A stretch of 36,374 nt of DNA from an uncultured Alphaproteobacteria bacterium (lineage in GTDB: Bacteria; Pseudomonadota; Alphaproteobacteria; SHVP01). This document shows, piece after piece, positions 26,711 through 36,026 of this stretch. Position 1 is the stretch's first letter. The number at the start of each line of letters is the position of its first letter. The notes below the pieces were generated by a model, which was given only the letters and a program-made list of their open reading frames with translations, had not been told where the DNA came from and did no database searches. The DNA lies in the NCBI GenBank assembly GCA_938023835.1, contig CALJDF010000145.1, positions 1 to 36,374 of the forward strand, written 5' to 3'. The translations under genes and the position numbers were made by a program.

Positions 26711-27982
26711 TCAATCCGTGGCTTGGCGAGCCACGTCGTCGCTGGGCCGAACGTCCCGAGCCCGACGGTAAATAAGAAGCGCCACAATCTGAAGGGCTGC
26801 CAGAAAGCCGAACATCGCCCGATAGGCGGCCTCAGGCGTTTCACCGGATTCGGTCATAAAGCTACCGATGATGGCGCCGGTCGCCCCCTGAATGATCGCG
26901 GCGCCTAGAAAAACGGAGGTGTTGTTGGTGGTCATGCCGCGACCAACCAAGTGTTCTGGAAAAATGGCCCGCCCGTGGGTCGTAATAATGACCGTGTACC
27001 CACTGATGAAACCAAAGCTGATAAAAACTGTTGTAACGACCCCCAACGACAGGTCTGGCACAAGCGCGACCACCAAGAGGAGCGCGATCGATGTTGCCAC
27101 ACCGAACACAATCAAGCCTTTGCGGGTGTCCAGAATGCGGTCCAGGCGCCCATAGGTTAGATGACCCAAGACCTGACCCAGGGTCATCAATAGCAATATG
27201 TTGCCGCGCCCAACCGGGCCAAGCCCATGGACCTCGGCGAGATAGGGACCGCCCCAAAGCGCCGTGATCGCGAGGACGGCGCCATAGCCCACCGAGTTCA
27301 CCGCAACGATAAACTTGAGCTGCGGATTGCGCATAACATCGCCTAGCCCTTTGAAGACCTGACGCAATCCTTCCGGCCTTCGAGCGTAATAGGCATGGCC
27401 GGGCGGGGCATCGCGGACAACCCAAAAAGCGGCTACTCCGAAGAGCAGCGTTACCCCTGCCATCAGAAAGAACGCGCTACGCCACCCTACGGCTTCCGAT
27501 ACCGCGGCAAGCGGCGTTGTCGCCAACAAAGCGCCCAACGTTCCCATCGCCACAAAGAACGAAGCAATTGCGGCGAAGCGGTCTGGTGGAAACCATCGTG
27601 TCGCAACGACCAATGACCCCATCAGGATGCTCGCCGTGCCCATCCCCATCATGGCGCGCCCGATCGTTAGCCCGACAACGGTATCGGATGCGGCAAAAAC
27701 AAAAGCCCCGGCAACAGCAAACACCAGGAGCGCTGGCACGACTTGGCGCGGGCCGAAACGGTCCAGCAAAATGCCGACCGGGATTTGAAACAATGCGAAA
27801 GAGAAGAAGAAGGCGCTAGAAAGCGCGCCCATGGACTCCGGCCCGATGCCGGTTTCGGCCATGATATCTGGCGCGATCACGCCGGTTGAAACGCGATAGA
27901 AGTGGGCCAGCACATAGATCGCGCATAAGCCGGCGATGATCGGCACCGCGCGACGCAGATTTGACGAGGACGGCGTCACCAC
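26711..27982 (-). CDS. Major facilitator superfamily transporter
   Basis: About 12 hydrophobic helices; motif A GILLDRFGPR; RWFPPDRFA; GWRSAFF. Confidence 0.92.
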   Translation of the reverse strand: MVTPSSSNLRRAVPIIAGLCAIYVLAHFYRVSTGVIAPDIMAETGIGPESMGALSSAFFFSFALFQIPVGILLDRFGPRQVVPALLVFAVAGAFVFAASDTVVGLTIGRAMMGMGTASILMGSLVVATRWFPPDRFAAIASFFVAMGTLGALLATTPLAAVSEAVGWRSAFFLMAGVTLLFGVAAFWVVRDAPPGHAYYARRPEGLRQVFKGLGDVMRNPQLKFIVAVNSVGYGAVLAITALWGGPYLAEVHGLGPVGRGNILLLMTLGQVLGHLTYGRLDRILDTRKGLIVFGVATSIALLLVVALVPDLSLGVVTTVFISFGFISGYTVIITTHGRAIFPEHLVGRGMTTNNTSVFLGAAIIQGATGAIIGSFMTESGETPEAAYRAMFGFLAALQIVALLIYRRARDVRPSDDVARQATD

Positions 27983-28034
27983 GCTGGCGTCTTCTTTCTT
28001 GCCGCGAATAAGCGCCGCGGCGACCGTTGGGTTG

Positions 28035-29633
28035 CTAGTCGAGGCCGAGCGAGCCCGGGTTCATCAATCGGGCCGGATCAACATAGTCTTTGATCGCTTC
28101 GAGAAGCGCGTAGGTATCGGGGTTGCGCCCTTCTTTGTATCGATAGGCCTTGCCGATCTGGAAATGTACCGCACCGAGTTCTTTGAACAGATCCGCGAGG
28201 CCGCTCCTGAGTTGGGTGACCGCGCGTCGTGCGGCTTCATCCGTGGGGAAGACTTTGAGCTTCGCGACGTAATCGTCTTCAAGGTAGCGCTCGTGATAGA
28301 GGTGGCGTGAGTCTTCCCAGAAGAAAACGGGCTCCATCAAAAAGGTTTGCTGGGCCACGGCGCACATCAGATAGCCCCATTCGATGCCATGCTGATCGAC
28401 CAACTCGGCGTGTTCTTCGAAATAATCATGAACTGACTGAATCAGGTTCGCAGCGCGGGAATGCGGCACCAGCGCATGAATCGGCACCCAACGCTGCCCC
28501 TCGGGGCCCAACATACTGTTCGGCGGGACGAAAGGTGTGGCGCGCATGATCTGCGGCAGACTCGCCTGGATCTCACGACCCTTGGCGTCGGCACAAATGC
28601 CCTTGGCTTCGGCAACAACCGACTCGACCGTTTTCGCATCGTAGCCGTCGATCACCAGGTGGACCGAGTACTCGACCCCCTCGAACATCCGCCGACCACT
28701 TGCGGCAACCTTGGCCGCTCCCTTGACCCCGTCGAGAATCGATTTGCCGGACCGGGCCACGTTGGCAAGCCGCTTGATATCGGTGAGCAGCCCCTCGCGC
28801 TTCAGGCGTTGGCCCTGGAGGTAGGGATCGAACGCAAAACACTCCGCCGCCAACCCGCGGCGCGAGACTTCGGACATTGCGGCTGTCACCCCATCGTAGT
28901 CGTCAAACGCGAACGATAGGTAGCGGGTCTCGGTCGGGAACGGGATGAGACGCAACACAACTTTGGTTTTGAAGCCGAGCGCGCCCGCGTCCGAAAGAAA
29001 TAGCCCGGTTAGGTCCGGACCGTAGCTGCGAAAGAAGGGTGAAGGATTGAATGGTGTTGCCCAAGAACCGGTCTTAAGAATCCGGCCATCGGCCAAAACA
29101 ACTTCAAGTCCGAGACAGCTGTCGGCGGCTGTGCCGTGGATGCCGGATCCAAAAAAGATGCTGTTCTGCGACATTGCACCGCCAACGGTGGAGTACATGC
29201 CGGACAGAGCGCCAAAGTACGGCGCCCGCAAGCCCTTTTCCTTTAGCGCATCATATACCTGTAGCCAGGTGCAGCCACTTTCGACGACGGCGTACATGTC
29301 TTCGGCGTTAATTTCGACAATGCGATTGAGGCGCTGCAGGTCGGCAACAATCGATTTCGGGGATACCGGCAGGTAACCGTCGGTGTAGGACAACCCGCCG
29401 CCACGCGGAATAACAGCGTAGCCCTCGCTCGTTGCCGCCTTCGCGGCTTCAGCAAGTTCTTCCGGTGTGCCAGGCTGAATGACGAACGCTGCCGGGTCGG
29501 CCTCCCGAAACACGTCGCTCGAGAAAAACTGACGATCCTCAAGATCAGTCAAGACATGGTCGTTACCCAAAACCTGGCGCAGACGGGCCTCAAGGGCGGT
29601 GGCCGATCCATCGGCTTCAGCGACGTTACTCAT
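28035..29633 (-). CDS. FAD-binding oxidoreductase, VAO/GlcD/D-lactate dehydrogenase (type 4) family
   Basis: VIPRGGGLS, STVGG, GPDLTGLF..GALG, terminal DPARLMNPG; RBS GGAGAGAGG. Confidence 0.88.
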   Translation of the reverse strand: MSNVAEADGSATALEARLRQVLGNDHVLTDLEDRQFFSSDVFREADPAAFVIQPGTPEELAEAAKAATSEGYAVIPRGGGLSYTDGYLPVSPKSIVADLQRLNRIVEINAEDMYAVVESGCTWLQVYDALKEKGLRAPYFGALSGMYSTVGGAMSQNSIFFGSGIHGTAADSCLGLEVVLADGRILKTGSWATPFNPSPFFRSYGPDLTGLFLSDAGALGFKTKVVLRLIPFPTETRYLSFAFDDYDGVTAAMSEVSRRGLAAECFAFDPYLQGQRLKREGLLTDIKRLANVARSGKSILDGVKGAAKVAASGRRMFEGVEYSVHLVIDGYDAKTVESVVAEAKGICADAKGREIQASLPQIMRATPFVPPNSMLGPEGQRWVPIHALVPHSRAANLIQSVHDYFEEHAELVDQHGIEWGYLMCAVAQQTFLMEPVFFWEDSRHLYHERYLEDDYVAKLKVFPTDEAARRAVTQLRSGLADLFKELGAVHFQIGKAYRYKEGRNPDTYALLEAIKDYVDPARLMNPGSLGLD

Positions 29634-29721
29634 ATCGGGCCTCTCTCCGGCGCGCTTGGCGCCAACTCCATTCGTATTCGTTGTGCCAGACCGCGGCGGC
29701 GCGCAGCCGTTCTAGGTGACG

Positions 29722-31275
29722 CTACAACGCACCTTTTTTTGCGCGGTCCCGCAACTCGGTCTTGAGTATCTTGCCGCCGGCATTCCGCGGCAAAACATCC
29801 AAGTAGGCATAAGACTTGGGAATCTTGTACTTGGCCAAATTCTCACGGCAGTAGGCGTCGAGATCAGCTTCGGTGACCTCACTGCTTGTCACCACGATGG
29901 CTTTGACAGCCTCACCCCATTGCTCGTCTGGGACTCCGATCACGCTCGCTTCGGCAACGGCCGGATGCGCCACCAAGACCTCTTCGATTTCACGGGGGAA
30001 GACGTTGACCCCGCCCGTAATGATCAGGTCTTTCTTGCGGTCCACCAGATAGAGATAGCCCTCGTCGTCGTGGCGGCCCATGTCGCCCACCGTGCACCAA
30101 CCGTCGTCGGTCAACGCTTCGGCTGTCGCCTCGGGGTTTTCCCAATAGCCGTTGAACAAGAGCGGCGAGCGACAAAACAACTCCCCGACATCCCCTTGCT
30201 GGACTTCAGCACCCTTTTCGTCGCGCAAGGAGACTTCAACCGTGGCATAGGGCAATCCAACGCATTGCTGTTTTCGTAGCTGATCGGGCGGTCTCAGGCT
30301 GGTAACGAATCCGCCTTCGGTCGATCCATACGTCTCATGCAAGAGCCCCTCGCCAAAGTAATCGACGATCTTTTCTTTGGTGTCCTGCAGCAACGGCGCG
30401 GCGTTCGAAATGATGGCCCGCAGCGTGTCCGGCCGATGCTTGTCGAGGACCTTTTTTTCCAGTGCGAACATCCGATGGAAATGCGTCGGCACAAAGAACG
30501 TGTTTGTCAGGTGCATCTCGGAGATTTTTCGAAGTACCACCTCGGGCTCGTACTTCGGCAATATTTCACAGAAGCCGCCAAAAAAGATCGGTGCCATCGC
30601 AAACGCAAATCCCGCACCGTGGAATAGCGGCGCGAGCGCCAACGCGCGATCATCCGGCCCGTAGCACCCGAACTCGACGCCCATCGTGTAGAAGGCAAGG
30701 GTTCGCGATCGATGCGACAACAGGCATCCCTTGGGCTTGCCCGTCGTGCCGGAGGTGTAGGGAATGCAGAAGACATCCCACTCCTCGAGCGGCACAGTCG
30801 GTTGTTCCGGTTTGGCGCCGGCGATCCAATCGTCATAGTCCTTGCCAATGACGATGATGCGCTCCACGGTTTCGAGCTTTGCCGCTCGGGCAACATCTTC
30901 GACACTCTCGTGGACAAACAACACTTTGGCCCCGGAGTCATTGCAAATATGCTCAACCTCGGGCGGCGTTACCGACGGCGGCACCATCGCAGCCGCGACA
31001 CCGGCATCGGCCAGCCCCGCGACAATCTCAAGAAACTCGATACAGTTGGGCGCGAATAGCGCGGCGTGATCGCCCTTCTTCAGCCCAAGGCCATGAATTG
31101 CCGCAGTTGCAACCCGGTTGAACCGTTCAACGAGGGCTGTGTATGTGAACTGACGTGGTCCCTGCGCCAAGGCCACCTTGTTCGGCGTCCGGCGCGCGGA
31201 CGATCGCACGCCGGTGGAGAGCAGAATGGGCCGGAAGTTATCGGGACGTCCCGAGATCTGGCCCTCAAGCGACAT
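29722..31275 (-). CDS. ANL-family AMP-forming acyl-CoA synthetase
   Basis: [42 protein letters not shown]. Confidence 0.94.
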   Translation of the reverse strand: MSLEGQISGRPDNFRPILLSTGVRSSARRTPNKVALAQGPRQFTYTALVERFNRVATAAIHGLGLKKGDHAALFAPNCIEFLEIVAGLADAGVAAAMVPPSVTPPEVEHICNDSGAKVLFVHESVEDVARAAKLETVERIIVIGKDYDDWIAGAKPEQPTVPLEEWDVFCIPYTSGTTGKPKGCLLSHRSRTLAFYTMGVEFGCYGPDDRALALAPLFHGAGFAFAMAPIFFGGFCEILPKYEPEVVLRKISEMHLTNTFFVPTHFHRMFALEKKVLDKHRPDTLRAIISNAAPLLQDTKEKIVDYFGEGLLHETYGSTEGGFVTSLRPPDQLRKQQCVGLPYATVEVSLRDEKGAEVQQGDVGELFCRSPLLFNGYWENPEATAEALTDDGWCTVGDMGRHDDEGYLYLVDRKKDLIITGGVNVFPREIEEVLVAHPAVAEASVIGVPDEQWGEAVKAIVVTSSEVTEADLDAYCRENLAKYKIPKSYAYLDVLPRNAGGKILKTELRDRAKKGAL

Positions 31276-31894
31276 TGCTGAGTTCGACCTTCCATGAGTC
31301 CAATACTTCGTCGGTGGTCAGGACGCGGGCGAAAAAGAACCCCATGGTCATCAGCGCGACCTCGGAACGGTCATCCTCAACCTCACCCACCGCATCACTG
31401 ACGACGAAGCAGCGGAAATCCCGCTGGCAAGCATCGCGAACCGTGGTCTCGACGCACATGTTGGTGGTCACACCGCAAAACACGAGGCTCTTGATCTTCA
31501 TCGCCGCAAGAACGGACTCAAGCTGCGTTGAGTAGAACGCACTCGGTCGGTTCTTTTGGATAACGGCATCGCCCGGCTGTGGCGTCAGGCTATCGATGAT
31601 CTCGGCGTCCCAGGTGCCAAGCGCGCATAAACCAACATCTTTCAACGCCGGCATGATCTCATTGACGATAAACCCGCCATCTTTGAAATCAGGCTGATAG
31701 ACGAACTGGGTATAGATGACCGGTACGCTGGCTTTGCGCGCCGCCGCCACCATGGTCTTGCACCCTGGCTCCGCTGCCGCCAACCGCTCCCACGGAAAGC
31801 CAAGCTTTTCCATCCGCCCGCCGGACCGACAGTAGCTGTTCTGCATATCCACGACGACGAGGGCGGTTTTGTCGGTGCCCAATTGCATTGTCAT
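31265..31894 (-). CDS. Isochorismatase-family cysteine hydrolase (RutB/NicF-like amidase), copy 2
   Basis: Asp-Lys-Cys triad: [25 protein letters not shown]. Confidence 0.92.
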   Translation of the reverse strand: MTMQLGTDKTALVVVDMQNSYCRSGGRMEKLGFPWERLAAAEPGCKTMVAAARKASVPVIYTQFVYQPDFKDGGFIVNEIMPALKDVGLCALGTWDAEIIDSLTPQPGDAVIQKNRPSAFYSTQLESVLAAMKIKSLVFCGVTTNMCVETTVRDACQRDFRCFVVSDAVGEVEDDRSEVALMTMGFFFARVLTTDEVLDSWKVELSNVA

Positions 31895-31906
31895 TTCTGT
31901 ATCCCC

Positions 31907-32536
31907 CTAGGCCGCGTTGCTCAGCTCGACACCCCATTCGTCGAGCACGTCGTTGACGTTCATCACTCGGGCAAAGAGATACTCCATCGCCTTCAGTGCG
32001 GTTTGGCCACGGAAATCATCAACCTCGCCCACCGCATCACGCACGACAAAGGTACGGAAGTCGCGCTGCGACGCGTCCCGGACGGTCGTTTCCACGCAGA
32101 TGTTGGTCGTGACCCCACAGACCACGACATTTTCGATGTCCTGCGATCGGAGGTAGGATTCCAGCCGCGTCGAATAGAAAGAACTTGGCCGATTCTTTTC
32201 GATGATGATGTCGGTGTCTTCAGGCTTCATATCGGGATGCAGTTCGGCATCCCACGTGCCTGAGACACAAAGGTTCACTTCCTTGAGGCCAGGCATGATC
32301 TCTTCGATCTGTACGCCACCGTCGCGAAAGTCCGGCTCGTAAACATACTGGGTCCAAAACACAGGTACGTCGGCCTTGCGCGCGCCGGCAACAAGACGTT
32401 GCACACCGGGCGACGCAGCGGCGAGTTTCTCCCAGTCGAATCCCGATTGGGCCATTGACCCCTTTGCGTCGAGGAAGCCGTTTTGCATGTCTACAACGAT
32501 GAGGGCGCAGTTCTCTTTTTGGAGTTGGATCGTCAT
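31907..32536 (-). CDS. Isochorismatase-family cysteine hydrolase (RutB/NicF-like amidase), copy 1
   Basis: VVDMQN, EKNRPSSF, GVTTNICVETT; RBS AGGGAG. Confidence 0.92.
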   Translation of the reverse strand: MTIQLQKENCALIVVDMQNGFLDAKGSMAQSGFDWEKLAAASPGVQRLVAGARKADVPVFWTQYVYEPDFRDGGVQIEEIMPGLKEVNLCVSGTWDAELHPDMKPEDTDIIIEKNRPSSFYSTRLESYLRSQDIENVVVCGVTTNICVETTVRDASQRDFRTFVVRDAVGEVDDFRGQTALKAMEYLFARVMNVNDVLDEWGVELSNAA

Positions 32537-32559
32537 CGTGTTCTCCCTGGAGGTGTCGG

Positions 32560-33537
32560 TTAGCGCGTCTTCCGCTTCTTCGCCGTCTTGCGCTTCGCTG
32601 GTGTGCGCTTGGCCGGCTTGGCCTTCGATGTCCGTTTTTTGACGGTTGCACTCAATCGCCGTAGCGACTTCATCTTTGACCGCTCGTCGAGTTTGAAAAT
32701 GCGAATAGCGTTGTCGCGCATGATCTTTTGGTAAGACTCGGGGCGGAAGTTCAGGTCGCCGACCTCCCTCACCGCACGGATGGGGTCGATCACCGGCCAG
32801 TCCGTCCCGAACAGGAACTTATGCGAGCCGTAGCTATTGGCGTAGTGCACCATTTGCTTAGGCCAGTGCTTCGGCGCATAGGCGTCGCCGCCGATAAAGA
32901 TGTTCTCGTGTTTCCACGCCATCGAGATCATCTCGTCGGTCCACGGCACGCCCAAGTGGATGCCGAGCAAACGAAGTTCCGGATAAAGAATCGATATGCG
33001 ATCAAGGGTGATCGGACGACCGACAGACGGTAGCCGGCGATCCCGCTGATACACCAAGTTGTGGCCGACCTGCATCATGATCGGAATATCGAGCTCGATG
33101 CATTTCGAATAGATCGGGAAAACGTACGGATGGTCGGGCGCCAGGTCGAACCAGTGCGGATAATAATGCGCACCGACAAACCCGAGTTCGTTTACCGCGT
33201 ATTCCAACTCGGCAAGCTGCTGCATGCCAAGAGTCGGGTCGACGCCGGCCAGGCCCGAAAAGCGATCCGGGTAGCGCTGGCACACCTGGTGAACGCGCTC
33301 ATAGGAAATGTGAAAGGAGCCTTTCACGTTCATATCGCCGGCGCGCGTGGCGATCAGGAGAGCGTGTTCAATGCCCGCCTCGTCCATCATGCGAAGATAC
33401 TCAGGCACCCCAATGCCTTTGCGCATCTTGGGGCTCATCCGGACTTGTTTCTTGAAGTGGTTATCGATCCCGGTCTGGTCGTTGCGAACTTCGACCGGCG
33501 TGTAGAGATTACAAACGATATCGATATGGCCCGACAT
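32560..33537 (-). CDS. Amidohydrolase_2 family protein with a basic C-terminal tail
   Basis: YPDRFSGLAGVDP, ELGFVGAH, IHLGVPW, FLFGTDWP, IMRDNA; RBS GGAAGG. Confidence 0.88.
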   Translation of the reverse strand: MSGHIDIVCNLYTPVEVRNDQTGIDNHFKKQVRMSPKMRKGIGVPEYLRMMDEAGIEHALLIATRAGDMNVKGSFHISYERVHQVCQRYPDRFSGLAGVDPTLGMQQLAELEYAVNELGFVGAHYYPHWFDLAPDHPYVFPIYSKCIELDIPIMMQVGHNLVYQRDRRLPSVGRPITLDRISILYPELRLLGIHLGVPWTDEMISMAWKHENIFIGGDAYAPKHWPKQMVHYANSYGSHKFLFGTDWPVIDPIRAVREVGDLNFRPESYQKIMRDNAIRIFKLDERSKMKSLRRLSATVKKRTSKAKPAKRTPAKRKTAKKRKTR

Positions 33538-33699
33538 GCCTTCCCCTTCCCTAGATGGCGTCCGGTTTTGCGTCCCGGAACCTGTTCGTTATTGTCCGGT
33601 TAATCTACCGACTGGCCCCGCGCCAAGCAACGCGTCTTCTCTTGCCCCGGCACCCCGATATGACAGAATGCGGGAACTTTTCCCTATGAATTGGACCGT

Positions 33700-35115
33700 A
33701 TGAGCGACCTGCGAACATTTCTCAATGACGAGGCGCCGCATGTTTGGCGGCCGGAGGGCGCCGTGTCGCTGGTGCAAGAGATCACGGCGCTGCAGCAGGC
33801 GCTGGATGCGCGCCAGCAGTTCCCGGTCATCGAGATCGCCCAGCCACAGGCAGCCGACGGTGCGATCAATCCGATTTCCGTGGTGTGCAACCTCACCGCG
33901 AGTCGGGAACTCACCGCGCGAGCGCTTGGCATCCAAGACCACCGCGACTTTGCCGCGACCTACGCGCAGCGGACGGCCAATCCGATCGCACCGATAAGCG
34001 TCACCCGTGACGACGCGCCGGTGCAACAAATTGTTCTGCAAGGCGACGAGTCGTCTCTCCTCGATCTTCCGGTCTTGACGCAACACGCGCTTGATCCCGG
34101 CCCTTATCTCACCGCCGCTCATGCGACCACCTATGATCCGGACACCGGCGTCGACAACACGGCCATTCAGCGTTGCTGGGTCAAGGCGCCACGGCGGATG
34201 TCGTATTACCCCTATCCCGCGTCGCACAACACGCGAAACCTGCGCAAGTTCTGGGGCAAGGGCGAAGCCTGTCCCGTGGCGTTCTGGATCGGGCACCACC
34301 CCAAGGTTCTTCTCGGCACCCAAGCCAAACTGGCTTACCCGGAGAGCCATTGGTCAGCGTGCGGCGGCCTCCTCGGTGAACCGCTGCGTTTGGTACCGAG
34401 CATCACGCATGGCGACAAGATCATGGTCCCGGCCGACGCCGAAATCGTCATCGAAGGCTGGGCTCCTGCGGACATTTGGGAGGCCGACGGTCCATTCGGC
34501 GAATACACCGGTTACATGGGCGCCCAAGTTGCCGCCCCGGTGTGCGAGGTGACCTGTATCACCCGACGCGAGAAGGCGATCTATCACGACTACGGATCGG
34601 GCCACGCCGACATGCTGGTGCCCGACAACATGGTCATGGAGGGCAAGATCTACGGCATGATGAAGCCAATTGCACCGTCTGTGCGGCGGGTTCACGTGCC
34701 GGTATCGGGCCGTCGTTTCCACGCTTATGTCTCGTTCGAAAACCCCGGTATCGGCGAGGTGCGCGATGCCTTGATGGCCGCGTTGGCATACCGGCGAACC
34801 AAAGCGATCATTGCCGTCGACGACGATATCGACTTGTTCTCCGACAGCGACATTATGTTTGCCCTGGCCACCCGCGTGCAGTGGGAACGTGACGTCATCA
34901 CGGCCTCGGGCCTGCAAGGCTCCCTAATGGACCCCTCGTTGGCGCGCGGCGCCAAGACGGTCCAAAAAGCCGGGATCGACGCGACCCTAGCGCCCTCCGA
35001 AGTGCCGGGCGCGCCACGGCCCGTCGCCCCGCGCAATAGTGTTGGCGAGGCTGCACTCGACGCCGCGATCGCACGCCTCACCGGGCTCGACACCACCGGC
35101 TGGCCGGAACTTTGA
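33700..35115 (+). CDS. UbiD-family (prFMN-dependent) (de)carboxylase
   Basis: LPVLTQH..DPGPY, N....R (NTAIQR), VPADAEIVIEG, GPFGEYTGY, VDDDID...FALATR, K.GIDAT. Start is ATG 33700, or possibly TTG 33691. Confidence 0.92.
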   Translation: MSDLRTFLNDEAPHVWRPEGAVSLVQEITALQQALDARQQFPVIEIAQPQAADGAINPISVVCNLTASRELTARALGIQDHRDFAATYAQRTANPIAPISVTRDDAPVQQIVLQGDESSLLDLPVLTQHALDPGPYLTAAHATTYDPDTGVDNTAIQRCWVKAPRRMSYYPYPASHNTRNLRKFWGKGEACPVAFWIGHHPKVLLGTQAKLAYPESHWSACGGLLGEPLRLVPSITHGDKIMVPADAEIVIEGWAPADIWEADGPFGEYTGYMGAQVAAPVCEVTCITRREKAIYHDYGSGHADMLVPDNMVMEGKIYGMMKPIAPSVRRVHVPVSGRRFHAYVSFENPGIGEVRDALMAALAYRRTKAIIAVDDDIDLFSDSDIMFALATRVQWERDVITASGLQGSLMDPSLARGAKTVQKAGIDATLAPSEVPGAPRPVAPRNSVGEAALDAAIARLTGLDTTGWPEL

Positions 35116-35116
35116 G

Positions 35117-35323
35117 ATGAGTAGCGACAACACCATTCGGCTTCGCACTCATTCGCCCGCCGGCGAAAAACGCGGCAACACATCGTGGGTCCAGTGCGCC
35201 GCCTGCGAGGGCTGGTTCCATGCGACCGAAGACATCATCAATCGTGCCGTCGTGACGCTGCACTGCAACCATTGCCACACCGAATTCCTACCGGCGGACG
35301 CGAAGAAGATCGTTCTCGCCTAG
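35117..35323 (+). CDS. Small zinc-ribbon protein (68 aa)
   Basis: ATG 1 nt after the UbiD stop; WVQCAACEGWFH...LHCNHC with two CxxC knuckles. Confidence 0.75.
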   Translation: MSSDNTIRLRTHSPAGEKRGNTSWVQCAACEGWFHATEDIINRAVVTLHCNHCHTEFLPADAKKIVLA

Positions 35324-35393
35324 CGACCTCGTTCGCCAAACGCCGCGCCGCCGGATACCCTAGCTCTTGCGAAGAGAAGAACTGGGTAACAGC

Positions 35394-36014
35394 ATGAAGA
35401 TCCTCTACACGCCGATGCCCGGGTTGGTGCACCGGGTCGAAGTCGTCGCCCGCGAGTTGGGGCTCTATGACGCGATTACATGGGAGCGGGCCATGCCCTA
35501 TGACCGGCCCAGCCATCTGACCGACCAGAACCCCTTGAGCAAAGTGCCGACCCTGATCACCGACGACGGGGTCGCCCTGTTCCCCGGCATGGTGATCTAC
35601 GAGTATTTGGAATCACTGGCTGGACCGAAGCTCTACCCCACGAAACCCGCCGAACGCTGGCCCGCGATGCACCTGCTCAGCCTCGGCGAAGGCCTATGGG
35701 ACATGACGGTGCAGTGGAACAACGAGCGCAAGCGGCCGGAGGCCGAGCAATCCCCCGAACAACGCGCACGCTATCTCGCGGCGATCGAACGGGTTCTTGA
35801 TCGCCTTGAAGCGCTCGCGCCGTCGTTTTCCGGATTTCACATCGGCCACATCGCCGTTGCAGGCTGTTTCAGCTTTTTCGACTTCCGCCGCGCACGCGAC
35901 CTTGAGACCAACGAGTTTGGCAGCGTGATGCCCGACTTCTACGAAGGCCGCCCCACCCTGACCAACTGGCTCACCGAGGTGCGCAAGCGTCCCTCTTTTG
36001 CGCCGACCGACTAG
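35394..36014 (+). CDS. Glutathione S-transferase fold protein (atypical active site)
   Basis: QNPLSKVPTLITDDG cis-Pro loop, VIYEYLE, helical C-domain, ends RKRPSF..T. Confidence 0.8.
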   Translation: MKILYTPMPGLVHRVEVVARELGLYDAITWERAMPYDRPSHLTDQNPLSKVPTLITDDGVALFPGMVIYEYLESLAGPKLYPTKPAERWPAMHLLSLGEGLWDMTVQWNNERKRPEAEQSPEQRARYLAAIERVLDRLEALAPSFSGFHIGHIAVAGCFSFFDFRRARDLETNEFGSVMPDFYEGRPTLTNWLTEVRKRPSFAPTD

Positions 36015-36026
36015 GAGATCAGACGC

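Noticed and set aside
29615-31290. 'SNVA' occurs at both the start of the FAD oxidase and the end of hydrolase copy 2
   Set aside because: Only four residues, with differing codons; probably coincidental.
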